Assembly (NCBI GenBank): GCA_026936335.1
Contig: JAPMXV010000006.1
Coordinates: 324,072 to 388,071, forward strand
DNA length: 64,000 bases
Origin: Mantamonas sphyraenae STR306
Lineage: Eukaryota; Protista; CRuMs
Direction: 5' to 3'
The position numbers were made by a program, and so were the translations under genes. A model generated the notes under the pieces. It was not told the origin of the DNA. It ran no database searches and worked only from the letters and a program-made list of their open reading frames with translations. Position 1 is the stretch's first letter. Each line of letters begins with the position of its first letter. Positions 11,957 to 23,751 of this stretch are shown here, piece after piece.

Positions 11957-13278
11957 GTGCAAGGAAGAAAAAGGGGGGGGATTGGAATGTCAGACACCTA
12001 GCGTGCTGAGCAGCGACCGCAGACCCGCGCTGGTTGCTAGTAGCGTCGGGAATACCGCATGCCCAACATAAAATGATGCTGGATCGAAACGCTACTGCGC
12101 TTTTTGTGTTTTTGGCAAACGCAGCAGGCTCTTTTCTCTTCGCTTGGGTATGATTCTGAACGGCTGGTAGGATGAAAACAGCCGCCCAGTGTATGACCAG
12201 CGGTGACATGCATGGACCCGCCGCGGGGGAGGGGGCACATGGTGTGCGGAGGGGACAGGAGAAGGAGATGGTTGACACGCACCTATTCTGCAGTACTGTA
12301 CCAGGCACATGAGAGGTCATCACTCACGGGACACAGCGTGAGAGGGGGTGGGTTCCTGGAATGCGCAAGGTAGCGTGTGTGTCAGCGGCAGGAGGGGAGG
12401 TGGAGACGGAAAGGACGTTCAGCGGGGCAGGCAGAGGCACCATGGCTCAGAAACGAGGAATCGCACGACTCATCAAGCTGAATTCAGTAGATGATTATTG
12501 CAATATAAAAAGTTTGGGTGTTATCGATAATCATCATCGCCAGGGAGGTGCAGAATGGAAAGCGGACACTCTACAAATGTGGACACACATACCATCGATA
12601 AAAAGGCACACCATGGGGTGGAGGGATGCGCGTGTAGGAGGAGACACCAGGCAGTGTCGTTGAGGGAGGAGGGTGGTTGTGTTGAAAGAATGGCTCAGGG
12701 TTGGTGAGCAGATCACTGTGACAAACGCGGAATCGAATTCCAAGGGTCAGCGGGAACGCACACAGGAAGGGTGGACACACAAAGGAAAATAGTGGATTGC
12801 GTGCGGATGGATGCAGTGGATCCAACGTGCGAGGCACGCAACAGGTGACATGCAATCCACAGAGAGGGAGGGGAAGGGAGGGCAAGTGTGGTTGCCGGGG
12901 GATCAGACAGTCAGCCGCAAAGGCGTCGTTCACGACTCCCGCCCCCTCCTCGGTGAGTTTGACGCCGAGGATTAGCGAGGGTAGAAATGTATGACTCGGC
13001 CGACACGATATGCATCATGTCCCCGTGCGTGTGCAGTGTGGCGGAGGCCGTTGGGGCCTTGCAAGGCGTGCCAAGAGGGCAAGCAAGCTGAAATGGCGCA
13101 TGCAGACAAAGGGCTGTGGGCATGGGCCATGGTGGATTGGTGGGCAGAAAGCAGGGAAGAGGGCAGGGAGCAGATGAGGGCAAGGCAACGAGGCAACAAG
13201 TGGAGGAGGGAACGGGCAGGGCCCAAGGGAAAGGGACACGCACAGGCATGGTCAACCCAAAAGAGAGGAAAGGTTTGG

Positions 13279-15064
13279 ATGAGGCGGCGGCGAGGCGGAG
13301 ACCAGACACCGCCACGGCTGAACCGAACACAGTCCAGCGGAGGCCAACAGGGCGGGGGCATGGAGGGGAGTGACAGTGAGAGCAACAGCAACACGCACGA
13401 GAACGTGCAGACACATAATTCGGGCAATGACGGAGAGTCCGTCTCGGCACGATTTGGGCAGGCAGCCGAGTGGGCACCAAGGACACGTGGACGAGCAGCA
13501 CCCAGCCTGGGAGGCAAGAGTGCAAGCATGTCGTCCATCGACGCATCGAGCATGTCCGCGGCTTTGGACATGAGCGAGAACGGGGGCGGTTCGGAAAGAG
13601 GGGAAAACACAGGGGACACATCAACGGGGGGCGAGTCGTTGCGCAGCAGGGGACGCACAAGCTCGGGACAACCACCCACATTGGACCAGGTCATGCGTGC
13701 GCCTGCATCGGACAGCGATGACAGCCAGGAGGACGGTGAGGAGGGCAACGCGGGCGCGGAGTGCGAGGACGCAGGCGAAGGGGCAACATTGCACCGCCCA
13801 GGTTGGCACGCACACAGAGTGCAAACGCATCGGTGATTGGCTCCGGATCGGCAAGCAACACAGACACCGCCTCGGCCACAGGTTCAACCCATGGATCGGG
13901 GGGAGCAAACAGAACCAGAGGAGGAGGAAACAACGGGGACGACGACGAAGACGACGACGACGACGAGCTGCAACGGTTGCGTGAGCAGCAGGCGGCTCGC
14001 AGGCGCACACGAGGCGTGCAACAGAAGATCTTTGAGGTACAGAAGCAGAAACGAGACGCAAGCAAGGCACCAGTGGCACAGGAGGAGGGCAAGGTGGAGG
14101 CAGAGGCGGGCAAGGGCAAGGAACAAGGGACGAGTGGCGGTGGCGCGGGCGTGTCGCTGGAAGACGAGCTGAGCGAAATTGCCGCCATGTTGGAGAAGGA
14201 GGAGGAGAGCAAGAACAAGAGCCCACGCATGGCACAAAAGGTGGTCACCGCGTTTGGAGACCCGTTTGTGGAGCAGATTTACAAGCGAGACCTGCGCAAG
14301 TGGCACCAGGGATTCAAATGGGGCATCCGCGAAAAGGCGGTGCGATACAATTTTATCCTGCGAACCAACTCGGCAGCAGCCAGCAAGCTGGCAGGCAAGT
14401 TTAGCATCGACCGTGTGGAGTTTCACAACCGAGTGCAGGTGAGCAAGCGACCCGTGGACGACTCGGTGTTGAGCATGATGTACTTTGGCGACCAAACCGC
14501 TCAGCATGACACACACGACAGCATGTACCTTGTACGCGACCACACCATCCACCAACGCCACTATGGCTGTCCACAGATGATTGGCAGGGACATGCACTTT
14601 GCTGGTGGCGAGGAGGAGGCTCTCGAGTGGGCCACCCACCACGTCCTCCCGCTCCTCCTGGCCCAGCAGCTGGCCGAGGAGTTTAACAAGGCCATGTCGC
14701 GCCATGCCCAGCAAGAGTTGAACATGAAGCGCAAGTTGAAGGAGGAGGACGCAGGAAACAAACAGCAGGGAGAGCAGGAGAGGGAAGACCAACAGGAGCA
14801 GGGACAGGAACAGGACACAGAGGCCACAGGGTGTGCCACCACCACCACCACCACAACAACAACAACAACAACAACAACAACAGCGTCGTCATCGACAGAT
14901 GGACAAGCGGACGAGGTGACGATCGACCGTGCGGACGATCTTCTGATCGAGTTTGACGACCTGGGTGTGTACAGATTCATCCACCCGCGAGGCCATACGT
15001 TCATGCTCACTGAAGCAGTGCACGAAACCCTGTTGCCAGACCTGTACCAGGCTGGGAGAAACGA

Positions 15065-15096
<32 letters not shown>

Positions 15097-15652
15097 CAGC
15101 AAGCGGAGACATCAAGGATGCAGTGAAGCAGGCACGTGCAAGCAAGGTGGATGGCCTCGAGTATGCACTGAGCATCGAGCGGCATCAGGACGAGGTGGAT
15201 CGCCTGTTGGAGGCCTTTGCACACTTTTCCTTTGATTATTCGCAGGGCAAGCTGGTGGTGACGGGTGCAGACGCAGCTCTGTGCAGACACTACCTGTTGG
15301 GTATGCCTGGCACAAAGACCACCCATGACAAGCTGCAGAGCCAACCATCGGCGTCGTCGCTGCTTAGTACGGATGACGGCGAGGACGACGACGCATCGGG
15401 CGTCACCGACGTCAAGGCCACCAAGTATGTGTTTGTGAAGCCACAGGTGCACGGCAGCATGTTGCATGCCTTTGACAACACTCTCTTTGCCCACGAGGGC
15501 CATTTTGCAAACATGGTGTCAGCCCTCGCCCTCGAGGATGGCCTCGCAAGTATGCAGACGACCCCGTGTTCCAGGACGTGGCCGCATGGTACCAAAACCA
15601 CACGTGCAACGAACTGTGCCGTAAGCTGGGCCTTTCAAAGTGGGTCCAATGA
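13279..15652 (+). CDS. Alpha-kinase (eEF2K/MHCK-fold) protein, probably a pseudokinase; two apparent 1-nt deletions (~13753, ~15524); 5' end uncertain
   Basis: Motifs EKAVRY, AQQLAEEFNK, LEAFAHFSFDYSQGKLVV and KPQVH. After a -1 shift the tail reads WPRKYADDPVF...HTCNELCRKLGL*, the typical alpha-kinase Zn-binding tail, and stops just before the convergent Nudix gene. Confidence 0.75.
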
Positions 15653-15693
15653 ATCAAGAAGTCGCTCTGTTCGTATTGTACATTTTGTTCGCC

Positions 15694-16533
15694 TCACGTC
15701 GTTCCATCCATCCACACCACATCCTTCACCTCGTGGACATTGTCAAACTCGGATCCGTGCTCGTACTCGTCAAACTCGGCACTGTATGTCCAAAACGGCG
15801 TCTGGACGTCGTAGGGCATTGGCAACCCAGCCAGCTCCAGAATGCGCTGAAGCACCATGACCGTGAAGCCCCACACCACAGGAGACTCATTGTTGTAGCC
15901 ACTGCGGCGGCTGTCGTCGCCGTAGGCCACCAGAGTGAGGTCACCACGCTTGTACGGAGTCAGATCGACCTCGTTGCCCGTGTCCAGGAGTACGTCCTTG
16001 TTGATGGGCTGGCAGTGGTCCAGAGGGTAGTATGGGACACGAAACACACTGTTGGCAAACACAAGATCCTGTGTGGCCAGGCCTTGGGTGCTGGTGTACC
16101 GTCGGAGGGGCGAGAACAACACGTGCTCCACTTCTGGCCCCAGCGTCATCGGCATCTGTTCAAGCATCTGTTGCACACTGTCAAACTCTCCCAAATAGCC
16201 TGCAAAGGGCCTGACCAGCACATGGTGCCGCGAAACAATGTCCTCGCAGTGTCCCAGCACATCGGCGTCCGCGAGACCGATTTCCTCCTGCATCTCGCGC
16301 ACTGCACACTCCTTCAGCGTCTCGCCAGGGTCACACTTGCCACCTGGAAAGGCGTACAGGCCACCTTCGCTCAGTCCGGCCGCACGCAAGGTGAGCAGCA
16401 CATGCAACTCGTCTTGAAGGAGCACAAACGGCACCAGAACCGCTCCCGTTTGCACGTCCGTCCTCTCTGGCAGCTGTGGCGAGTGTTCACGTAGCCTTTT
16501 GCGCAGATGACTCAATCCCCGTCGTGAGAACAT
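15694..16533 (-). CDS. Nudix hydrolase, CoA pyrophosphatase (NUDT7/NUDT8/PCD1) subfamily
   Basis: AVLVP..., LLTLRA, Nudix box FPGGKCDPGETLKECAVREMQEEIGL and the VWGFT motif. Start codon uncertain. Confidence 0.85.
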   Translation of the reverse strand: MFSRRGLSHLRKRLREHSPQLPERTDVQTGAVLVPFVLLQDELHVLLTLRAAGLSEGGLYAFPGGKCDPGETLKECAVREMQEEIGLADADVLGHCEDIVSRHHVLVRPFAGYLGEFDSVQQMLEQMPMTLGPEVEHVLFSPLRRYTSTQGLATQDLVFANSVFRVPYYPLDHCQPINKDVLLDTGNEVDLTPYKRGDLTLVAYGDDSRRSGYNNESPVVWGFTVMVLQRILELAGLPMPYDVQTPFWTYSAEFDEYEHGSEFDNVHEVKDVVWMDGTT

Positions 16534-16724
16534 GTGTCGATGGGATGATTGGAGTGGGTTGCGGTGCGCTGTGCCGAGCAGAGTCGGTTGCGCAGCGCGC
16601 TCTGGCCTTTGCATCGGACATTGCATGCCAACCGTGCGCTCAGATGCAAGACGATGCACCGTCGATGCACCCCGTGTGTCCTTCCCTGCCATCAATTGGA
16701 AACGAGCCAACAATCAAGGGTCAA

Positions 16725-19310
16725 TCAAGGGGAAAAGTTTTTCTTCATCGCGCCGATAAACCGCTCTGCATACTCGGCCGGTGGAACGACCGAGATGCCA
16801 TGCTTGTCGTGCACAATGCCCTTGAGACCGTGTTCTGTCTTTTTGCGCACCCCATAGTCGATGAGCATGTCGATGATGCCCAGAAAGTAGATCTCTTCCC
16901 CGTCCTGGTGGCCAGTCACCTTGCCATTCGAGTCCTTGATTGCCACCTGTTGTCGAATGCCACCCCGATGCTTCTGGAACACTGTTTCCGTCCCGCTGAT
17001 GTCCTTGCTCGTCTTGCCATGCAGCCGTCCGTACGACTCGACGACATCGTGCTCAACCACCACCTCTGTGCCTCCCACGTGGACCACTGTGGTCTCCTTG
17101 ACCACGGTGTCATCGTCATCATCGTTTGCATGATCGTCCTCGTCACCATCCCCATCCCCATCTCCGTCGCCGTCACCGTCTTCGGCATCGCTGCTGCTGT
17201 TGCTTGCGTTCTCCTTCTCCGTCTTGTCCGTCTCGACTGCCTCGACCGTGGTCTGTGCACAATGGTGCACCCCCACCAACAGGGAGTAGTCAACCACCTT
17301 TTGGGACGCCAGGAACTGTGCGTCTGCCTGCAACTGCTCCATGAGGGTGTCGTACATGGTGGAGCCGATGTGGAAGGGTTCGGTGATGTCCAAGTCCTTC
17401 AGGATGCTTCCCTGCTTCTTCACCTTTGTGGTACGTCCCACCGTGGAGCCCTTGAGGTCGTAGCGCTGATGGATGGAGCAGGTGGTGCAAAAGACGTTGC
17501 TCATGACAATGAAGCGCACCTTGTCGGTCTTGCTGAGGGTGATCTTAAACAGGCCAAAGAAGCGCGTGAGCAGACTGTTGTCGTACTTGAGCATGTGCTG
17601 GTAATATGCAGGCAGCATGTCGACGAAAAAGTCCTTCTCCCCCTTGGACACGGTCTTGATGAGGAAGCGGCCGTCGTGCGAAAAGAAAAACATGGAGCCG
17701 CTCTTGCCCTCGGAGCCAATGCTGGAGTAGGAACTCAGACGACCCAGAAAGAGGTTGCCCAGGATCTGTTCCGGCCCAATGCTCAGCATAAACTCGCTTT
17801 CCTGCACGCCAAAGTGTTTGCGCAGGGATTGGAACACCGCCGGGCAGTAGGCGGTGAAGTTGTGATGCTTGGGAGTGGGCAGTGAGAACTCCTGTTTGCG
17901 CTCAATCTCCTTGAGCAATCCCACCTCCACCTCATCCCCAATGCTGACCTCTTCAAAATCCAGCTCCGCTGCCAGTGCCTTTGCCGAATCGGATCGTTCA
18001 CCACCACCACCACCACCACTGCTGCTGCTGCTGCTGTTCCCTCCACTGGCAGATGTGTTGGCAAGCGATGGAGACGATTCTGTGGAGGCAGAGGCGGAAG
18101 AGACGGAGGAGGACTCGCTGATGTCCAAAGAGTCACTCTCGCTGAGATCGGAACCCAGTGCTAGCCGCATGCCCAGGGACATACACAGGGCCAGATCCCA
18201 TTCGGGAGAGCCAAAGGTGATGGTGCGTCCCGCTTTGAGGTTTTGCTTCTCCAACACGTCTTCGCTCAGGTGTGTGAGCACACCCAGCGCCTGGAACTTG
18301 CGGGCGTGCAAACGAGCGCCTTGTTTGTACTCCTCCAAGGAGATGGAGTCGTTGCCATCGACGTCCAGAGCATCAAACAGGTCGTCTGTGGACAATTGGA
18401 CGGGGTGGTTGCATGGAGGGTGAGTCCGTGCGGGCCAGAGAGGGGGACACAGCTTTGGTTTGAACGGGGTGGGATTGTTGCCAAAAGCGGCACTCACCGA
18501 CGTATTTCTCCACGTTGTCCACGCCCACGAGGACGTGTGACAGGATGCTGTACATAGAGGTGACCACGCTGGTCATCTCTGCGCGCGAGATGGCGCCTGA
18601 ACCATCGCTGTCGACCATGGCAAAGGCAACTGCGGGTGGGTGATCACCGACGTGGCACAAAGGTGTGTGTGTGCGTGTGTGTGTGTGTGTGTGTGTGAGA
18701 TATCAGCCTGTTGATGGTTGAACGGGCCAAGAGCAGGAAGGGAAGGAGGAACAGGGGGGAGGGGTCACTGTGTTACAAGACATCGCATGCACAGGCAGGG
18801 GGCCAGGCGGAGGAAGGCAGTGATTGCGGGAGGGTCGCCGCCGAATCGAACGCACAGTTGAGTTTCTCGTCTTCGGAACCCTTGGTCATGACCAGCATGC
18901 CGGTGAGGAACTCGTAAAAGTTGATGGTGCCATCTCCGTCTTTGTCGTAGGCTTCAAACAGACGGTCGGGTAGAGTGGAGTCATCCACACCCAGCAGACC
19001 CAAACAGGCCTGGAACTCGCTCTTGTCCAGATTGCCATCCCCGTTCTTGTCGATGCGCTTGAACACTTCCTTGGCACTCTCGAGGTCAGAGGTGCTGACT
19101 GTGGGTGGCCAAACGGGAGCGGCCAGGGTGGGGATGTGTGTGAGTGTGTGGGGAAGGGGAAGGAGCCGAAGCCGGGGGGTGGGGGGTGGCGGGGAAGCAT
19201 GGTGGAGGTGTTCACCCTAGATTTGGATGCCTGTGAATGAACGTACACTCAAAGCGGGACAATGAGGACGACTCCTCCTCAGAGAGTTCGTAGCTGTGTT
19301 TGTTGCCCAT
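16725..19310 (-). CDS. N-myristoylated 4-EF-hand (NCS/calcineurin-B-like) domain fused to a phosphatidylinositol phosphate kinase; introns 19099-19246, 18630-18855, 18386-18497
   Basis: Starts MGNKHS (MGxxxS). EF loops DKNGDGNLDKSE, DKDGDGTINFYE, DSDGSGAISRAE and DVDGNDSISLEE. PIPK motifs GKSGSMFFFSHDGRFLIKT, YDLKGS, DYSLLVG, YFLGIID and ISVVPPAEYAERF. Confidence 0.92.
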
Positions 19311-19386
19311 GGCAGAAGGGGGGGGGTGGGGGGATGGATTGGCGGCCGGGACGCTGTCGCGGCCAAAGTCACTCCCTCACGCCACC
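19311..19386. promoter_or_regulatory. Putative compact bidirectional promoter (EF-hand/PIPK and TMEM94)
   Basis: Only 76 bp separate the two divergent start codons. Confidence 0.5.
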
Positions 19387-22300
19387 ATGTCCGACCCAGA
19401 GCTTTCTGTTCTCCCATCGCCACGTGGGGAGTTGGGTGGGATCCCGGGAGGAAGTGGGACAGGGGCCACGAACGAAGGATCCAATGCGCAGGCGCAGAGT
19501 GAGCGAAGCGAGAGTGTGGGAACGGTGGCGGCCGGGGCGTCGTTGAGAGACTCGGTGGCAAAGAAGCGTCTGCTGGAGGCATTGCAAGTGTTGGCCGACA
19601 GTGAAGAGAGGCGCGTGCAGGGGAGGCCCTGGTGGACGAGTGTATACGAAAGTCGACACGGAGCAGGCGTGGTGTTGCTGCTGGTGGCCACGCTGCTGTT
19701 GCTGGTCTGCGTGATTGTGGCGCCGGCGCAGTTTGCCGCCGAATTCGTCCTCCTGCTTCTGTGGCTGCTCCTCATCATTGGCATGGTTGTGCGTCAGGAG
19801 AGGATGCGACGACACCAGGACGCCCTGCGTATCCGTTCGCATTTGCAGGCCATGGCTGCGAGCAAGTCGTGGAGTGCCTTCCGCTCGTTCCTGAGAGGCA
19901 TTCAGAAGCCGTACGTGCCCGACACAGACAGTGCCACCCGCCTGGTGGTGCGTCGCTCAGGCCGATGGGTCAAGATGCCTGTGAACCTGTTGGTCAAGGG
20001 CGACCTTGTGTCTCTGCCCTCTGGGGCGGTGGCACCGGTGGACTTGGCACGACCGGAAGCGCCGGAAAGCGTGGTGTTGCACAACGGGGCCCTCCACGAG
20101 GGGGCATCGCACGCCGTGGGCCAAGTCGAGTCTGAGGATGACTACGACGTGGAAACACACTATTACAACAGCGACACGGCGGAGTTGGTGGACAACCTGT
20201 TTGTGGTGACACGGACCCCTGCCGTGGATGCACTCCAGCGACACCTGGAACACACCGTGCATCCCACCAACAGGGTGCCTTTGTTGCACCGTGTGGCCAC
20301 CACCCAACACTTCCTGGCCACACGCATGTTGCCCGTCCTGTTGCTGCTCTCGCTCGGTGTCAATCTCGCCTGGTTTCTGGCAGGCGGCCGCCACGCAGGT
20401 GACCCGCTCACTGCCCTCATTGCCCACCAGGCATACATCCTCATTGGCTCTGCGCCTCTGGTCACCTTTCCTTGGGTGTGGGAGGTGGTGTGCGCCTACG
20501 CCTACGCACACTTTGCAGGAAGGGTCACCGGGTATCTCAACCCGCGGCGGGCACGTGCAAACAGCATGTCACAGGGTCGCTCACGACGAGACACGGAAAC
20601 AGAAGATCCGGGCGATGGCATCTCCATGTTGGGTGCGCAGGACGATTGGTCGGATGAGTCGGATTCGGAGGACGACGGAGACGTGGATGGCGATGCTGCC
20701 ACACGTGTGGTGCCGGGAAAGGTGTTGTGGAAACACTTTGTGGCCTACTTTCAGAGCAAGCCTCCGGTGGTGCCCCGGTTTGTGGGCGAGGGATCCGACG
20801 CCTGTGTGATTCCCCACGTGCTGGGCTCCGTCACAGCCATGTGCTTCCTGGACAGGGACGGCGTGCTCAGCGCATCCACACCCACGGTGGAAAAGATTCT
20901 GCTGCTCAAGCCTCCGCGGCGATCTGTGTCGGCGTCGCCACAGCGCAAGAGCGTGATCTCCGCAGACGGTGGAGAAGGCCAGGGGGACGGGCAACAGCAG
21001 AGCGAGGGCCAGGGATCGACAGGGAGTCCCAGCAGCACAGAGGGGACGTTGAATGCGAACAGTGGCCTGTTGGAGATGGGAATGACGTACGACGAAAACA
21101 CGGTGCATGGGATTCGGTTTGAGGACGCAAACTGGGAACAGCACATGGACTCGTTGAAGCCGCTGGGGCTGAACTGCGTGCTCAACACAAATTGTGCGCA
21201 CGGATCGCGATCGGTGTACATCGAAGAGGTGCTGAAACACCGGGCCAAGGAGTTGGGAGGGCGGCTGTGGCACGAAACGATCGAAAAGTGCTGCTGTCGG
21301 CTGGGTCAGGCGGTTGGGTTCACAGACACACTGCTGGACCGGTACTCACGCATCAAGGAGATCCACACGTTTGCACCTGTGAGTGGAGACAGTGCGTCGG
21401 ATGACTTTCGTGCGTTTCTGCCGTTGCCGTACATGATGTCTGTGGTGATTGAGGATCCGGGCAACCCGAACCTGCAGCTGTTCAGCAAGGGCACGCCAGA
21501 CATGATCCTGCGCCACTGTGCGTCGTATTGGGACGGACAGGGCATCTGCGAGCTGGGCGACACGGAACGGAAGAACATCATGGACACGTACAGGCGCTGG
21601 GGTTTCACGGACGATCTGAGCGTGGTGGCGTTTGCCTACGACCCCATCAGCAACGATCACAAGTGGCTGTTTGCGGAAGAGGATGAGGCAGACCCCAGCG
21701 TGTACATTGTGCAGACGGTGGATCCGACAAAGGTGGACATGGCGCATGTGGAGCGCACGGCCAGTTTCATGAGCCGCGAGGACGATGGATTCAGCGAGTT
21801 TGGCGAGGAGGAGGAGGAGGTAGAGCTGGGAGAGGAGTACGAAGAGGTGGAAGAGGAGGAAGGGGAAGAGGGGGAGGAAGGAGAAGAGGGTGACGTGGAG
21901 GTGAACGACGTGATGGTGGGTATGGAGGAGGAGGAGGAGGAAAGTGAGACGACTCCGAGGGAGCTGGAGACACCGACAAAGGAAGTGAGCAAGGAACAAC
22001 TGAAGCGTGCGTCGTCAGCGCTGTCGCTGGGCTCTGGGCTGAGTGTGAGCGACGTGGACACGCAAGGAGGGTATGAGGACGACGAGGACGACGAGGATCT
22101 GGAGATGGATGAGGAGGAGGAAGTGGAACATGACATGCGGCGTCTGCTTCAACGACAGATCTTTGTGGGCATGGTTGCGCTGTCGAAACGACCCAAAGCT
22201 GAAGGACAGGGGGTCATTGAACAGCTGGACAAGGGCGGAGTGCGTTTTGTACACTTTAGCAAGGACAACGACCGCAAAGCCAAGGCGTTTGGGCGGCAAT

Positions 22301-23700
22301 TGGGCTTGGAGATGGATTGGAACTGCTGTGTGATGCTCAAGTCGCCGGATGCGGAGGATGCGGAGCCCGAGCAGCCACGCAACATCTCGCAGATGCCGCA
22401 GGGGGTCAAAAACATCCGAAACCATTTGGAGGAGGTGGACAACGTGCCACTGCTGATCCACATGTTTAGCCACGGGAGCACAGAGAGTGTGCGTGAGATG
22501 GTGGAAATTCTGCAGGAGAACGGGGACATTGTGTGCACGGTGGGCAGTGCGGCCAACGCAAGCAACCAGGACGTGTACGCACAGAGTGACGTGTCGATTG
22601 GGTGGGAACCGATTGGGGTGCGCAAGTGTCTGCGTGCACGCAAGTACATGGGCAAGCACAAGCCGACGGCAGATGTATGTCCGTCGCCAATGCCTCTGGG
22701 GAACCGGTCGATGTCCATCAACGACTCGCTGAGCTCCGTGACGGGGTCCACGACGACAGGCAGTGGGAACAAAGGCAATACGCGACGAGGCAGTGCCAAG
22801 GGGGAGGGAAGCGGCGGAACGTCATCGTCGGGGTCAAGCCTGGGCAACAGCAGCAGCAACAAGCTGCTCGAAACTGCACTGGCAGCCGACGGGGAAGATC
22901 CGTCGTTCCTGTCGAACCTGGGATGCAGCATGACGTTTACACGAGAGGCGAAGCTGACTCTGTTGCCGGAACTGCTGTATGAGTCGCGGCGGCTGGTGTC
23001 TGCCACGAGCCAGGTGATGTTGTTCCTTGTGGCGCTGCACCTGCAGCTTGCGGTGTTGCTGTTGGTGGGATATGCGGCTGCGGAGGGCCTAAGTGTGTTG
23101 AGTGGGTGGCAGCTGATGTGGCAGGTGTTTGTGGTGACCCCCATGCTGTCGCTGTCGCTGCTGTGGAGCGGCACGGAGGAGAATGTGAGCACGCTGATGC
23201 CGGTCAAGTTTACAGAGGTGGGCGAGGACAATGGGCGGCAGGTGTGGTACGTGCTGATGCGCTTCGTGCCGACGGCGGTGCTGGATGCATTGATGTTTGC
23301 GTGGATGATTGGGCGAGGCACAAGCGTGGTGACAGCCCAGGCACTGCTGCAGTGGCTGTATGTACTGCACGCAGTTGTACTGTCTGCAGGCTATGTACAC
23401 CGCTTGTTGAGTGTGCTAAAGGCAGCGCCGTGGCGTTCGCACAGGTGGTTGTGGACCTCGGTGGCTGTGTTTGTGCTGCAGACAGCCCTGTCGCTGGGTC
23501 TGCTGCTGGATTCGCCCACTGTGATGTTGTCGAGTGGCGTGGTGGAGGTGGTGGTGGTGGCGTTGGTGTGGCCGCTGGTGAGCACGCTTGTGGACGAGCA
23601 GGTGAAGAAGAAGGCGGCTGCCGCGTGGAAGCACAGACAGAGGTTCCTGCGCATGGAGTTTGACACAAAGTTGGGCATGCATTCACCGGTGGCAAGATAA
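19387..23700 (+). CDS. TMEM94: TMEM94 (KIAA0195)-like P-type-ATPase-related membrane protein, intronless
   Basis: GCCACCATG start. Motifs PVNLLVKGD, FLDRDGVLS (degenerate phosphorylation motif), SLKPLGLN, GVRFVHFS, VDNVPLL and the C-terminal MEFDTKLGMHSP. Confidence 0.9.
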   Translation: MSDPELSVLPSPRGELGGIPGGSGTGATNEGSNAQAQSERSESVGTVAAGASLRDSVAKKRLLEALQVLADSEERRVQGRPWWTSVYESRHGAGVVLLLVATLLLLVCVIVAPAQFAAEFVLLLLWLLLIIGMVVRQERMRRHQDALRIRSHLQAMAASKSWSAFRSFLRGIQKPYVPDTDSATRLVVRRSGRWVKMPVNLLVKGDLVSLPSGAVAPVDLARPEAPESVVLHNGALHEGASHAVGQVESEDDYDVETHYYNSDTAELVDNLFVVTRTPAVDALQRHLEHTVHPTNRVPLLHRVATTQHFLATRMLPVLLLLSLGVNLAWFLAGGRHAGDPLTALIAHQAYILIGSAPLVTFPWVWEVVCAYAYAHFAGRVTGYLNPRRARANSMSQGRSRRDTETEDPGDGISMLGAQDDWSDESDSEDDGDVDGDAATRVVPGKVLWKHFVAYFQSKPPVVPRFVGEGSDACVIPHVLGSVTAMCFLDRDGVLSASTPTVEKILLLKPPRRSVSASPQRKSVISADGGEGQGDGQQQSEGQGSTGSPSSTEGTLNANSGLLEMGMTYDENTVHGIRFEDANWEQHMDSLKPLGLNCVLNTNCAHGSRSVYIEEVLKHRAKELGGRLWHETIEKCCCRLGQAVGFTDTLLDRYSRIKEIHTFAPVSGDSASDDFRAFLPLPYMMSVVIEDPGNPNLQLFSKGTPDMILRHCASYWDGQGICELGDTERKNIMDTYRRWGFTDDLSVVAFAYDPISNDHKWLFAEEDEADPSVYIVQTVDPTKVDMAHVERTASFMSREDDGFSEFGEEEEEVELGEEYEEVEEEEGEEGEEGEEGDVEVNDVMVGMEEEEEESETTPRELETPTKEVSKEQLKRASSALSLGSGLSVSDVDTQGGYEDDEDDEDLEMDEEEEVEHDMRRLLQRQIFVGMVALSKRPKAEGQGVIEQLDKGGVRFVHFSKDNDRKAKAFGRQLGLEMDWNCCVMLKSPDAEDAEPEQPRNISQMPQGVKNIRNHLEEVDNVPLLIHMFSHGSTESVREMVEILQENGDIVCTVGSAANASNQDVYAQSDVSIGWEPIGVRKCLRARKYMGKHKPTADVCPSPMPLGNRSMSINDSLSSVTGSTTTGSGNKGNTRRGSAKGEGSGGTSSSGSSLGNSSSNKLLETALAADGEDPSFLSNLGCSMTFTREAKLTLLPELLYESRRLVSATSQVMLFLVALHLQLAVLLLVGYAAAEGLSVLSGWQLMWQVFVVTPMLSLSLLWSGTEENVSTLMPVKFTEVGEDNGRQVWYVLMRFVPTAVLDALMFAWMIGRGTSVVTAQALLQWLYVLHAVVLSAGYVHRLLSVLKAAPWRSHRWLWTSVAVFVLQTALSLGLLLDSPTVMLSSGVVEVVVVALVWPLVSTLVDEQVKKKAAAAWKHRQRFLRMEFDTKLGMHSPVAR

Positions 23701-23751
23701 GGAGAGAGGGGAGAGGGGAGAGGGAAGAGGGAAAGACGGAGGAAAGACGAT

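Noticed and set aside
12073-12159. Box C/D snoRNA candidate (ATGATG...CTGA)
   Set aside because: Imperfect C box, no terminal stem and no convincing rRNA-complementary guide.
13736-13761. 26-nt micro-intron (GTGAGG...GGAG) as the fix for the alpha-kinase frameshift
   Set aside because: The frame would be restored, but there is no branch point and it is far shorter than the other introns (>70 nt). A homopolymer indel is simpler.
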